NCBI GenBank assembly: GCA_022709425.1
Contig: JAKLIW010000013.1
Location: forward strand, 183-64,182
Direction: 5' to 3'
From: a bacterium
GTDB lineage: Bacteria > UBP6 > UBA1177 > JAKLFG01
DNA length: 64,000 nt
In this document: positions 1-9,169 of the stretch, in pieces
How the letters are laid out: each line of letters begins with the position of its first letter
Position numbering within the stretch: the stretch's first letter is position 1
Notes under the pieces: generated by a model
What the model saw: the letters and a program-made list of their open reading frames with translations, nothing else
Database searches by the model: none
What the model was told of the DNA's origin: nothing
Made by a program: the position numbers and the translations under genes

Positions 1-517
1 CTTCTGATTTAACGATAACATGATCTCCTCTAAGGAGGCAATCTTTATCGGCGGGGAGATTCTTTATGTACACTGTTTTCACCACAATCTTTCTTAACAT
101 TTCTACCTTGACACACATGGGAGGGCCACATCTTACTACACAGGAGTTCTCCTTTTCATTTTCTAAAGGCAACGAAAACCACAAATCTTTTTCGGTATCA
201 GGTTTAACTAAAAGAAATTTGCCAGAATGTTTCCCCGGGTGTATTAGCATTTCAGAAGCTCTCAAAGATGGCGTTATCAACACATTGTTGTCATAATAAA
301 CACAAAAGGGAGATAGGAGTTGCCGGTCTTCAAAATCGCTCAAGACCCAAATTGGAAAAGAATCTTTGTTTGCAATTCTTACTTTCACTTTGAGAGCCGA
401 ATCTGAAAAGTCGATTTGGGCGATTTTCATCTCAATCGCATGCTTTGTTATCATATTCTTTTCATTAACACAGGAAAAAAGAACTATTGAAAAGAGAATC
501 GCGATAATCTTTTTCAT
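1..517 (-). CDS. Lipoprotein, candidate immunity protein of the upstream Rhs toxin (3' end runs off the window)
   Basis: Not in the ORF track. Manual translation from ATG 517 is open to base 1: MKKIIAILFSIVLFSCVNEKNMITKHAIEMKIAQIDF... Lipobox LFSC; ATGA overlap with the Rhs stop; GGAGGGAG SD upstream; AT-rich like the toxin tip. Confidence 0.8.
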   Translation of the reverse strand, partial: MKKIIAILFSIVLFSCVNEKNMITKHAIEMKIAQIDFSDSALKVKVRIANKDSFPIWVLSDFEDRQLLSPFCVYYDNNVLITPSLRASEMLIHPGKHSGKFLLVKPDTEKDLWFSLPLENEKENSCVVRCGPPMCVKVEMLRKIVVKTVYIKNLPADKDCLLRGDHVIVKSE

Positions 518-1788
518 CTGCAGAAGTACTCCCTCCTTTCTATTACTAACGGATAATATCTCATGTATTCTCTTCTTACTTGATTCTCGGTAAACGATTC
601 ACCTGCGTATTCTTCAAGACCAACCGTGAACATTTCCTCATCGATATTAGTGCCTAATGGCGTATACCCTTCTTTTCTCGTATAAACGCCTCCTCTGTCG
701 TGGAACGCATGTATCATTTCATGAATAAAACCAATCTCTTCGGGCTGATTGATTTCCCACTCAGGTGTTTCTGTGCAGGGACCAGTATAAGAAGGGTCAT
801 AATATAATGTTCCACTGTATCCTTCGTCATTAAAATGAGAATATCTGGAGCCTCTCTCTCTTTTATCCGTGGAAGGGTCAGTAATTCTGATATTAAATTT
901 GGTGTCGCTTTCTATGGTGTCAAGGATGATGGCAGCTGTTGGGGAATATGCTCGCAATTTCAAAATCGCGGCATTGACCATTTTTACAAATGCTGTGTTT
1001 TGAGCTTCTGTCCAGTACGGATTTTTAATTATTTCCCACTTTAGCCCGCTCACATCAACCCGGTTCACGGGGTCATTCCCGGCGTAGGTGTAGAAGTTCA
1101 TGCTGCCGGCGAAGCCCAGCGGTTCCTTGCTGATCCACCGCCCGACTTCGGGGTCATACCACCGCGCCCCGAACTTCGTGAGTCCCGTGTCGGTGTCGCG
1201 GATGCCGCCCGCGAAGCCGAAAGGCAGGTCGTAGGTGCCGGTTTCCGCGGTGATGTTCCCGAATTCATCGTAGGCGACTTCTTTCACGATCTCGCCGGTC
1301 GCGGCGTTCACCACCATGCGCGGACCGCCGAGGTGGTCATGGATGATGCGGTAGGTCGTCCCGTCGGCTTCGAGGATCGCTTCGGGTACATTGGCGTGCA
1401 AGGCGTAGAGATAGCGCCGCTCCACATTCCCCTCCCCATCCACTTCGGCCGCGATCTTCAACTGCCCGTCATAGAGATACCGTGCCGTCACCGTTCCATT
1501 CACCCGTTTCCCTATCAGCCTCCCTTGCGCGTCGTAAGTATACCCGATGACGCTGTTGTTTGGCAAGATAACCTGATCGAGATTCCCCAGCGCATTATAT
1601 CTGTAGGTCGTTATCCCCTCAAGGGTCGTCTTGGTCTCAAGGTCCCCATTGAGCGTGTACCGGTAGGTCGTCGTCCCGTACCGGACGAGTTGGTCTTGGG
1701 CGTTGTAGGAGGCGGTCACCTGACCGGTGGCAAGGCTCCGGGTCCAATCGCTTTCTTTGGTGTAGGCGATCCGGTCGTTGGTGCGCAT
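514..1788 (-). CDS. Orphan Rhs-core protein with C-terminal HEXXH zinc metallopeptidase toxin (M91/NleD-like)
   Basis: YD-type repeats; Rhs core LPFGFAGGIRDTDTGLTKFGARWYDPEVGRWISKEP; junction NDPVNRVDVSGL; tip HEMIHAFH...EEMFTVGL...TENQVRRE. In-frame TAG three codons upstream of the ATG; GC drops after about 1041. Confidence 0.88.
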   Translation of the reverse strand: MRTNDRIAYTKESDWTRSLATGQVTASYNAQDQLVRYGTTTYRYTLNGDLETKTTLEGITTYRYNALGNLDQVILPNNSVIGYTYDAQGRLIGKRVNGTVTARYLYDGQLKIAAEVDGEGNVERRYLYALHANVPEAILEADGTTYRIIHDHLGGPRMVVNAATGEIVKEVAYDEFGNITAETGTYDLPFGFAGGIRDTDTGLTKFGARWYDPEVGRWISKEPLGFAGSMNFYTYAGNDPVNRVDVSGLKWEIIKNPYWTEAQNTAFVKMVNAAILKLRAYSPTAAIILDTIESDTKFNIRITDPSTDKRERGSRYSHFNDEGYSGTLYYDPSYTGPCTETPEWEINQPEEIGFIHEMIHAFHDRGGVYTRKEGYTPLGTNIDEEMFTVGLEEYAGESFTENQVRREYMRYYPLVIERREYFCR

Positions 1789-1855
1789 GCTGTCCTATTT
1801 CCCCATAAAGAACGGTCGATTGTAGCGAAAGGCGGAAGGAAAGACAAGAAAAGAA

Positions 1856-1879
1856 GGCGCGATAAATCGCCGTCCCTAC
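1856..1879 (-). repeat. GTAG-type REP-like palindrome
   Basis: Minus strand GTAGGGACG-GCGAT-TT-ATCGC-GCC: a GTAG tetranucleotide followed by a GC-rich palindrome, typical of RAYT-associated REPs. Single copy seen. Confidence 0.5.
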
Positions 1880-1907
1880 GGCAACAATATGCGGCACGCA
1901 TCCTTCC

Positions 1908-1927
1908 TCCCCCTTGTCAAAGGGGGA
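1908..1927. repeat. Perfect hairpin TCCCCCTT-GTCA-AAGGGGGA (palindromic element or possible pur operon terminator)
   Basis: 8-bp perfect stem, 4-nt loop, 24 nt past the stop of the small ORF after purQ. No U-tract. Confidence 0.5.
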
Positions 1928-1951
1928 TTGACGGGATTTGAAGAGAGGTCT

Positions 1952-2095
1952 CTACCCGATGAGCGCCTTTACCTGCTCGATGATGAGGTCGATGACAAAC
2001 ATATTGAATTTGTGGAAGGTCTCGGAAGAACCGATGAGCCAGAGCAGGAGCGCGACGACAAAACCGATGGCGAGTGCGAGCGCGACTTTTTTCAC
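1952..2095 (-). CDS. Small 47-aa membrane protein coupled to purQ
   Basis: Not in the track. GTG overlaps the purQ stop (GTGA): MKKVALALAIGFVVALLLWLIGSSETFHKFNMFVIDLIIEQVKALIG*. One hydrophobic helix; host-like codon usage. Confidence 0.6.
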   Translation of the reverse strand: MKKVALALAIGFVVALLLWLIGSSETFHKFNMFVIDLIIEQVKALIG

Positions 2096-2889
2096 AGTTC
2101 GTTCTTCACATACTCGATGGCGTTCCGGAATATCTTGAGCCCCGGCCCCTCCTCCTCGAGTTCGGGCAGACGGGTCCAGTGCGGGTGCTGGGTCTTGGAT
2201 ATGAACACCTCGGGGTGCGGCATAAGGCCGAGTATATTACCGCGCTTATTGGTGATACCGGCGATCGCCTGTTCCGAGCCGTTCGGGTTCTGCGGATATT
2301 CCTGCGTCGGATTGCCGGTCTTGTCGACATACTGGAACGCCACCATGTTGTGGGCGCGGATGCGGGCCAGTTCATGGTCGAAGGCGAGGAATTTCCCTTC
2401 GCCGTGCCGCACCGCGCAGGGAAGCGTCGTGATGCCGCGCAGGAAGGGACTTTTGTTCTTCGCGTTGACCTTGAGCGTCACCCACCGGTCCTCGTAGCGC
2501 GCCGAATCGTTGTGGGCGAGCGTCGCCTTCTGTTCGCCGAAGACCGTTTCGTCGTCGCCGGGAAGCAGGCCGATCTTCACGAGCACCTGAAAGCCGTTGC
2601 AGATGCCGATGACGAGCCTTCCCGACCGGACGAAGTCGGCCAGTTGCGGGCCGAGTTGCTGTTTCACCTTGATGCCGAGCACGCGCCCCGAGGCGATGTG
2701 ATCGCCGAAGGAAAAGCCGCCGGGGAATACGAGCACCGAGAAATCCTTGAGCGGGACCTCGCCCGAAACGACGCGGTTGACGTGGGCCGTAACGACCTTG
2801 TCGGCCCCGGCCATCTCGAAGGCCCAGCCGGTCTCCACCTCACAGTTGATGCCGTATCCGCTGAGTATCAGGACATTCGCCTTTGCCAT
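2092..2889 (-). CDS. purQ: Phosphoribosylformylglycinamidine synthase glutaminase subunit
   Basis: GYGINCE, PGGFSFGD, GICNGFQ (catalytic Cys), GLMPHPE; directly after purL. Confidence 0.96.
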   Translation of the reverse strand: MAKANVLILSGYGINCEVETGWAFEMAGADKVVTAHVNRVVSGEVPLKDFSVLVFPGGFSFGDHIASGRVLGIKVKQQLGPQLADFVRSGRLVIGICNGFQVLVKIGLLPGDDETVFGEQKATLAHNDSARYEDRWVTLKVNAKNKSPFLRGITTLPCAVRHGEGKFLAFDHELARIRAHNMVAFQYVDKTGNPTQEYPQNPNGSEQAIAGITNKRGNILGLMPHPEVFISKTQHPHWTRLPELEEEGPGLKIFRNAIEYVKNEL

Positions 2890-2907
2890 ATATCGGATCC
2901 TCCGCCG

Positions 2908-5900
2908 CTACTTCAGTTTCTCGAGAGGCGCCTTCCAGTGCCGCCACAGTTCCTCGCACGGCACCGCGATCTGCACCTTGCCGGCCGTGCCGCTCACCTT
3001 CAGGAAGCCCGAGCCGTTCACCTCGCCGATGGCCGCCAGCGGAGAGCCCGCCAGCACCTCCTCGAACCGCGCGCGGTGCGCCGGGCTGACCGACACGAGG
3101 ATGCGGCCGTTCGATTCGGAGAAGAGTACGATGTCGTCGCGCTCGATGGCCCCCTTGCGCGGCACTTTGGTCAGGTCTATCTTGACCCCGAGTCCGCCCG
3201 CGAAGGCCGATTCGGCGACCGCTGTGGCCAAACCACCGTCCGAAAGGTCGTGCGCCGAAGCGACCAGCCCCTCCTTCATCGCGGCGTGCAGTTTCCGGTA
3301 GTTCGCGAGGAACTCGGCCGGCCGCACCTTCGGAGACCAGCCGTTGCTCTTGATCCCGTGGTAGGCGAAATATTCGCTCGCACCCATCTCCTCGGCCGTT
3401 TCGCCGAGGATATAGACGATGTCGCCGGCGTTCTTGAAATCCATCGTGACCATCTTGTCGACATCGTTCATCCGTGACAGCAGGGTGAACAGCAGCGTCG
3501 GCGGGACCGATATCTTCTCTTTGCCCGAGCCGTAGTCGTTCTTCATGCTGTCCTTGCCCGATATGAGCGGGATGCGGTACTGGGTGCAGATATCGTAGAG
3601 CGCCATGTTGGAACGGACCAGCGCCGCCAGTTTCTCCTTGCCGCCCGGGTTCTTTTCTTCGTGGTGGACCGGGTCGGGCCAGCAGAAATTGTCGAGTCCC
3701 GCGAGGAAATCGGGATCGCCGCCCACCGCCACGGCGTTGCGCACCGCCTCGTCGATGACCGACGCGGTCATCCAGTAGGCGTCGATGTCGCTGAAGGTAG
3801 GTTTGAGGCCGTGCGAGACCACGCAGGCCGCCTTGCGGAACGGGGTGAGCCGCACCACCGCCGCGTCGGCCGGGCCGTCGTTGAAGGCGCCGACGAACGG
3901 TTTCCCCGCCGACCGCCCCTGCACCTCGTGGTCGTACTGGCGCACCCACTCTTCCTTGCTGGCGATGTTGAGCCGCCCGATCATGTCGATCATGATGGCG
4001 TTGAGATCGTCGTACTGCGGCAGGTCCCACTGGTTGTTCTCGGGCCGCGCCCAGAGCGCTTCGAGTTTCATCTTGGGCAGGCCGTCGTGGAGGAACTCCA
4101 TGTCGAGGAGCGCCACCGGCGTTTTGCCGTGGTATATCTCCAACTGACCGCTGGTGGTGAATTCGCCTATCGCCGTCATCTCAACCTCGTGCACCGCCGC
4201 TATCCGCTGGAGTTCCGGCATATTCCCCGCCGGGACCGACAGGGTCATCCGCTCCTGCGCCTCGGAGACGAATATCTCCCACGGCTGGAGTCCTTCGTAC
4301 TTGAGCGGCACCTTGTCGAGGAACACCTTCGCACCGCCGGTGCCGGTAGCCATCTCCCCGATCGAACTGGACAGACCGCCCGCGCCGTTGTCGGTGATCG
4401 CGGTGTAGAGCCCCTTGTCGCGCGCCTCGAGGATGAAGTCGGTCATCCGCTTCTGGACGATCGGGTCGCCGATCTGGACCGCCGTGACGGGACTGCCCGG
4501 ATGGAGCTCTTCGGAACTGAAGGTGGCGCCGTGGATGCCGTCCTTGCCGACCCGCCCGCCGGTCATGACGATGAGGTCGCCCGGTTCCGGTTTTTTCTGC
4601 CACGACGGCTTCCCGCCCACCGCGGCCGGCATGAGCCCGCCGGTGCCGCAGAATACCAGCGGCTTGCCGATGAAGCGGTTGTCGAAGAAGATACTGCCGT
4701 TGACCACCGGGATGCCCGATTCGTTGCCGCCGTCCTTGACCCCCTGATGGACGCCGCGGAAGATGCGCGCCGGATGGAGCAGGTTCGGCCCCGGCAGTTC
4801 GCCGCGGTAGAAGGGCGACGCGAAGCAGAAGACATCGGTATTGAATATCGGTTTCGCCCCCAGCCCGCACCCCATGATGTCGCGGTTGACCCCGACGATG
4901 CCGGTCAGCGCGCCGCCGTACGGATCGAGTGCCGAAGGAGAGTTGTGCGTTTCGACCTTCATCGCCAACAGCAGGCCGTCGTCTATCTCGATGACCCCGG
5001 CGTTGTCGTCGAAGACCGATTTCACCCACGGCATCGAGGGGAGCAGATCGTAGGTCGTTTTCTTGATATAGGATTTGAAGAGCGAATCGATCTTCATCGC
5101 GACGTTGTTGACCGCATCGGTGTAGAATATCTCGGCGCTGAATATCTTGTGTTTGCAGTGTTCCGACCACGTCTGACCGATCACCTCGAGTTCACAGTCG
5201 GTCGGCAGTTCGGGGAACCCCAGTTCCTTGCGCATCGCCTTGGTACGGGGCCGCCGGTAGTAGGCCTGCACCGCCTTCATCTCCTCGTGGGAAAGCGCCA
5301 GCACGCGCTCTTTGGATATCTTGTCGAGCGCCTCGTCCTCTATCTCGAGCGGCACCAGACGCACTTCGGGACGCGCCTGTTCGGTGACCGCCGGGATGCG
5401 GTCGCCCATCCGGTCGCCCTTGTCCCACGCCGCGCGGCCGATGACCCGGTGCCGCTGGATGAGTTTGTTGCACAGGAGCCCCGTCGCTATCCGTTCCACC
5501 TCTTTCTGGCCCAACGGGCCGCTCAGGAGATACTTGCGCCCCGCGTAGATCGCATCGTGCTCGCCGACGATGCCGGGGAACATCGTCTTGAAGGCCCAGA
5601 GCGCCGTCCGTCCCTCGTTGTCGGTGACGCCGGGGAGGAAGCCCACCTCGGCCAGCCAGTCGAAGGCGAAGGCGTCGGTCAGATCCTCATTCAGATGCGC
5701 CACCTCGGTGACCGGATCGGTCAGCACCTCGGCCATGAAGCGCCGGACCTGCGCGAGGTCGGCCTTCTGCACATCGATGAGATAGACCTTGAAGACGCGG
5801 ACATCGGCCACGTTCTCAATGCCGAAGTCGCTTTTGACGCGCCGCTGTATTATCTTGCCGTGCGGATCCTTGAGATCGCCCCGCAGACCCACTTCCACGC

Positions 5901-5910
5901 GAAAGACCAT
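2908..5910 (-). CDS. purL: FGAM synthase synthetase subunit with N-terminal PurS-like extension (1000 aa)
   Basis: QTWSEHCKHK, KVETHNSPS, DNGAGGLSSS, SEAQERM, ISGKDS, HDLSDGGL, FSESNGR. Confidence 0.95.
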   Translation of the reverse strand: MVFRVEVGLRGDLKDPHGKIIQRRVKSDFGIENVADVRVFKVYLIDVQKADLAQVRRFMAEVLTDPVTEVAHLNEDLTDAFAFDWLAEVGFLPGVTDNEGRTALWAFKTMFPGIVGEHDAIYAGRKYLLSGPLGQKEVERIATGLLCNKLIQRHRVIGRAAWDKGDRMGDRIPAVTEQARPEVRLVPLEIEDEALDKISKERVLALSHEEMKAVQAYYRRPRTKAMRKELGFPELPTDCELEVIGQTWSEHCKHKIFSAEIFYTDAVNNVAMKIDSLFKSYIKKTTYDLLPSMPWVKSVFDDNAGVIEIDDGLLLAMKVETHNSPSALDPYGGALTGIVGVNRDIMGCGLGAKPIFNTDVFCFASPFYRGELPGPNLLHPARIFRGVHQGVKDGGNESGIPVVNGSIFFDNRFIGKPLVFCGTGGLMPAAVGGKPSWQKKPEPGDLIVMTGGRVGKDGIHGATFSSEELHPGSPVTAVQIGDPIVQKRMTDFILEARDKGLYTAITDNGAGGLSSSIGEMATGTGGAKVFLDKVPLKYEGLQPWEIFVSEAQERMTLSVPAGNMPELQRIAAVHEVEMTAIGEFTTSGQLEIYHGKTPVALLDMEFLHDGLPKMKLEALWARPENNQWDLPQYDDLNAIMIDMIGRLNIASKEEWVRQYDHEVQGRSAGKPFVGAFNDGPADAAVVRLTPFRKAACVVSHGLKPTFSDIDAYWMTASVIDEAVRNAVAVGGDPDFLAGLDNFCWPDPVHHEEKNPGGKEKLAALVRSNMALYDICTQYRIPLISGKDSMKNDYGSGKEKISVPPTLLFTLLSRMNDVDKMVTMDFKNAGDIVYILGETAEEMGASEYFAYHGIKSNGWSPKVRPAEFLANYRKLHAAMKEGLVASAHDLSDGGLATAVAESAFAGGLGVKIDLTKVPRKGAIERDDIVLFSESNGRILVSVSPAHRARFEEVLAGSPLAAIGEVNGSGFLKVSGTAGKVQIAVPCEELWRHWKAPLEKLK

Positions 5911-5985
5911 GATCGTCTCCTGAAAGAGTTGGAACGCTTATCCTATATAGAATTTGGATGGATTATTCAAGAAAAAGGGGAACTC

Positions 5986-7965
5986 TTATGCGGGATCGAC
6001 GCACTCGTAGTCGAACGATATCTGACCGACGACCGGCGAAACACCGACATTCTTGGAATAGAGACGCACTTCCAGCTCGATGTAGTGTCCCTGCTGGAGC
6101 GTTGCGGGCATGACCTTGGGCGACACGTCGCTGGGCACTTCGACGATGATCTGCCACTGCTCAAGGGCAAGCTGGGCCAGCTGGTCGCTCGTCCGGGCGC
6201 GGATGATGACCCGGGTATCGGCCGGGACATCGGCGTCCCAGTAGATCTTCTGCCAGTCGGTCGACAGCGACGAAGAACAGATCTCGAAGGTATGGCGGAA
6301 CCACCCCTCTTTCGAGGCGAAGTTCTTGAGGTTGTAGCCGATCATGTCGCTGTAGACGTAGGGACCATTCCCCACCGGGATGATCTTCTTTTGCGCCTCG
6401 AGCACGGTCGGGATCATCGTCGAACGATCCACCGGCAGATAGGTCACATAGCCCTGACCGGCGTTACAGCGCGACATACCCCACACATTACCCTTGAAGT
6501 CGATCCCGACGCCGGTCCCTTGGAACGGATGGATCGTTGCGTCGCTCAAAAGATACGGGCCGTGTATCGAGGCGGGATCAGGATAGACCGATGCATCTAT
6601 CATGTAGATGCTCGAATCGACGCCGGCACCCTCCTCGGTGGAAATGGTCCAGATAAAACCCGAATCATCGGCCGCGATGCCGCGGAATCCGTGGGCGGTC
6701 GACACCTGCAGGGAGGTCCAGGTCCCCTGATCAGCGAAGATCGAATCATCGGGGGTATAGCGATGGACGAAGCCGTCGGTGAAGGAGGTGATCCAGATGT
6801 TGTCGTCCTTGTCGATGGCGATACCGTAGAAGCCGCCCGCACCGCCGTAGGCCGGGATATCGGGAGCATAGTGTATCTGTCCGGTCACATCGTTGGTATC
6901 GAACCATGCAAGACCGCCGTTGGTGGGCGTTATCCATTCGGGGATATAGCGGCAGGAGACCCAGTTACGACCATATTTATCCAGCACATAACCGTAAGGA
7001 CGGCAGATCTCGGTGTCGGCACTGGTCATTGAAAAGACCTGCATTATATCGCCGGTATTGCCGTTGAGCCGGTAGGAGAAGGGATCGCCCAAGTGACAAC
7101 CAAGCATCAGATGGCCGGTGTACTCGAAGTTGGCGCCGGTCTCCGGTGTGGCCGCGACACCGCGAATACCGCCGCAGGCGTAGGGGCTCTGGAGATCGGT
7201 CCCGTCGAAGACCCGGGTCCAGACGACGCATTCATCGGTCGAACGGCCATCAACGTCGCGCGGCAGTACGTCGGTCGGTCCGGTCGAGGTCTGGATAATG
7301 CTGTCGCCGTTGCGGTCAACGCAGTATTCGGGATGCCCCGCGATCTTGGTAACCGAACCGTCGAAGCGATTCCCGACGAACATATTACCCGCCAGATCGA
7401 CACTGGTCCGCGATGGATCCGAAGCGGCAGAAAGTCCGACATTATAGCGTCCCACCTCGACCTGCGTGAAGGAGTCTATCTTCGAGATGGTCCCGTCTAT
7501 CGAGTTGGGGACCCAGACATAGCGCAGAAGAGTGTTGACCGTCTCGGAACCGTTGTCGAGTTCCAGTCCACCCTCTTCATTGACCTTCACATTGTCGGCG
7601 TTCGACGAACCTTCATCGTAGCCGTTCTCGGTCCCCGGCCCCATACCGGCGTGCGCCGCATCGCTGTCGACGATCGAGACCGTGTCGCTGTCGGAAAGCA
7701 GTTCGTCCCCCGCCCCGTCGTTTTGCCCGTCACCCGCCTCATCGTTCGATCCATCACCGTTCAAAGCATCCTCGTCGGACGCTATGCCGTCACCGCCCGG
7801 GACATCACTGTCGGCCGTATCGGGCAATGTCACATCGCCGTCGCTTTGCTGATCGGCACCGATATTGTCAAGATCATCACCCTGCGCCGGCTTGTTGTCA
7901 CTGCAGGCTACCATAAGGCACAGAACCGACAGGATACCGCAGTACAACAGAAAGGTTACCTTCAT
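5986..7965 (-). CDS. Lipoprotein with Asp-rich tether and beta-propeller (Vgb/NHL-like) domain
   Basis: Lipobox LMVAC; acidic linker; repeated blades (SRTSVDLAGNMFVGN, YGIAIDKDDNIWIT, RGIAADDSGFIWT, TGVGIDFKGNVWG); strong SD. Confidence 0.75.
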   Translation of the reverse strand: MKVTFLLYCGILSVLCLMVACSDNKPAQGDDLDNIGADQQSDGDVTLPDTADSDVPGGDGIASDEDALNGDGSNDEAGDGQNDGAGDELLSDSDTVSIVDSDAAHAGMGPGTENGYDEGSSNADNVKVNEEGGLELDNGSETVNTLLRYVWVPNSIDGTISKIDSFTQVEVGRYNVGLSAASDPSRTSVDLAGNMFVGNRFDGSVTKIAGHPEYCVDRNGDSIIQTSTGPTDVLPRDVDGRSTDECVVWTRVFDGTDLQSPYACGGIRGVAATPETGANFEYTGHLMLGCHLGDPFSYRLNGNTGDIMQVFSMTSADTEICRPYGYVLDKYGRNWVSCRYIPEWITPTNGGLAWFDTNDVTGQIHYAPDIPAYGGAGGFYGIAIDKDDNIWITSFTDGFVHRYTPDDSIFADQGTWTSLQVSTAHGFRGIAADDSGFIWTISTEEGAGVDSSIYMIDASVYPDPASIHGPYLLSDATIHPFQGTGVGIDFKGNVWGMSRCNAGQGYVTYLPVDRSTMIPTVLEAQKKIIPVGNGPYVYSDMIGYNLKNFASKEGWFRHTFEICSSSLSTDWQKIYWDADVPADTRVIIRARTSDQLAQLALEQWQIIVEVPSDVSPKVMPATLQQGHYIELEVRLYSKNVGVSPVVGQISFDYECVDPA

Positions 7966-7990
7966 CTCCCCCCTCCTCCCAATAAATTAT

Positions 7991-9166
7991 TCAATTCACG
8001 CCAATGCCGCGAACATCGCCCCCGGACGGTATCTGGAGGAGCCGCAGTCCGAAGATCGGCGCGACGGCGACGAGGAACTCGATGAGTTCGCCCTGTATCG
8101 CCTCATATTCCTCCCAGACCGTGGTCGCGGTGAAACAGTAGAGTTGGAGCGGCAATCCCGCGTGGGTCGGCTCGAGCGTCCGGACAAGGATGGTAAGGTC
8201 CTGCCGGATATCGGTGCGACCGCGCAGATAGAGCGCCATGACGCGCCGCAGGATGAGCAGATTGGTCGCCTGTTCGCCCAGCCCTTCGACGGCGCGGGCC
8301 ACCAGTCGGCCCACCACCGGATCGGTCGAAAGCCGTGCGATCTCATCGGTGGTCACGAACCGGACCGACGTCATGTCGAGCGGGACCGAACGGCTGATGC
8401 GCCGTGCGCCGCTTTCCTGCATGCCGCGCCAGTTGGTGAACGATTCCTCGAGGAACTTCTGGGTCGGTATCGAGGTGAAGGTGTTGTTCCAGTTGCGCAC
8501 CTTGAGCGAGTAGAGCGAGATGTCGGCCACCTCGCCGTCGGCGCCGTATTTCTCCATCGCTATCCAGTCGCCTTTGCGGATGGAGTTGTTGAGGCTCATC
8601 TGAAGGCTCGACACGAACCCGAGAATGGCATCCTTGAAAACCAGCATGAAGACCGCCGTCATCGCGCCGATGCCCGACAGGATGATGACGGGCGACTTGC
8701 CCATGAGGATCGCCGCCATGAGAACGAGGCCGACGAGATAGACAATGACCGTCACTATCTGGAAAAAGCCCTTTATCGGTTTGTCCTTCGCGAATTCGGT
8801 CCGTTCATAGACCGCCTGCACCGTGGCGAGGACCCGGGCGATGAACACCACCATGGTAAAGGCGATGAGCGCCAGCGTGAGCCGCCGCACCGCCGTCTCG
8901 AAGCCGGTGAAAAGATAGCTCGCGTTGTGGACCACCAGTATCGGGATGAGGTGAATGAGGGTGTGGAACACCTTCTTCTCGAACAGCAGATCGTCCCACG
9001 AGATGGTGCTTTTCTTTATCACATAGCCGATGGCGCGCAGGATGTAGAAGCGGCCGATGAAGAACAGGATGTAGGCGATGGCGAGCACCAACGCGATGCG
9101 TACCGGTGTTTCAAGGAAGGGATATCCCGCGAAGAGCGAATCGAAGATGTTATGATAAGCGTTCAT
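7991..9166 (-). CDS. MscS-family mechanosensitive channel (YbdG/MscM-like)
   Basis: N-terminal TM helices; LSGIGAMTAVFMLVFKDAILGFV, GDWIAMEKYGADGEV, NWRGMQESGARRISRS, QGELIEFLVAVAPIFGLRLLQ. Confidence 0.92.
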   Translation of the reverse strand: MNAYHNIFDSLFAGYPFLETPVRIALVLAIAYILFFIGRFYILRAIGYVIKKSTISWDDLLFEKKVFHTLIHLIPILVVHNASYLFTGFETAVRRLTLALIAFTMVVFIARVLATVQAVYERTEFAKDKPIKGFFQIVTVIVYLVGLVLMAAILMGKSPVIILSGIGAMTAVFMLVFKDAILGFVSSLQMSLNNSIRKGDWIAMEKYGADGEVADISLYSLKVRNWNNTFTSIPTQKFLEESFTNWRGMQESGARRISRSVPLDMTSVRFVTTDEIARLSTDPVVGRLVARAVEGLGEQATNLLILRRVMALYLRGRTDIRQDLTILVRTLEPTHAGLPLQLYCFTATTVWEEYEAIQGELIEFLVAVAPIFGLRLLQIPSGGDVRGIGVN

Positions 9167-9169
9167 GGC

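Noticed and set aside
66-1044. Plus-strand short ORFs 66-296, 366-593 and 835-1044
   Set aside because: Antisense to the Rhs tip and the coupled lipoprotein, which explain the region better.
3661-7032. 1123-aa plus-strand ORF, and similar long shadow ORFs (20401-22614, 24730-26700, 26700-28346, 50502-52268, 57218-58894)
   Set aside because: Antisense to well-supported genes. This is the expected artefact of high-GC codon bias, and none has recognisable motifs.
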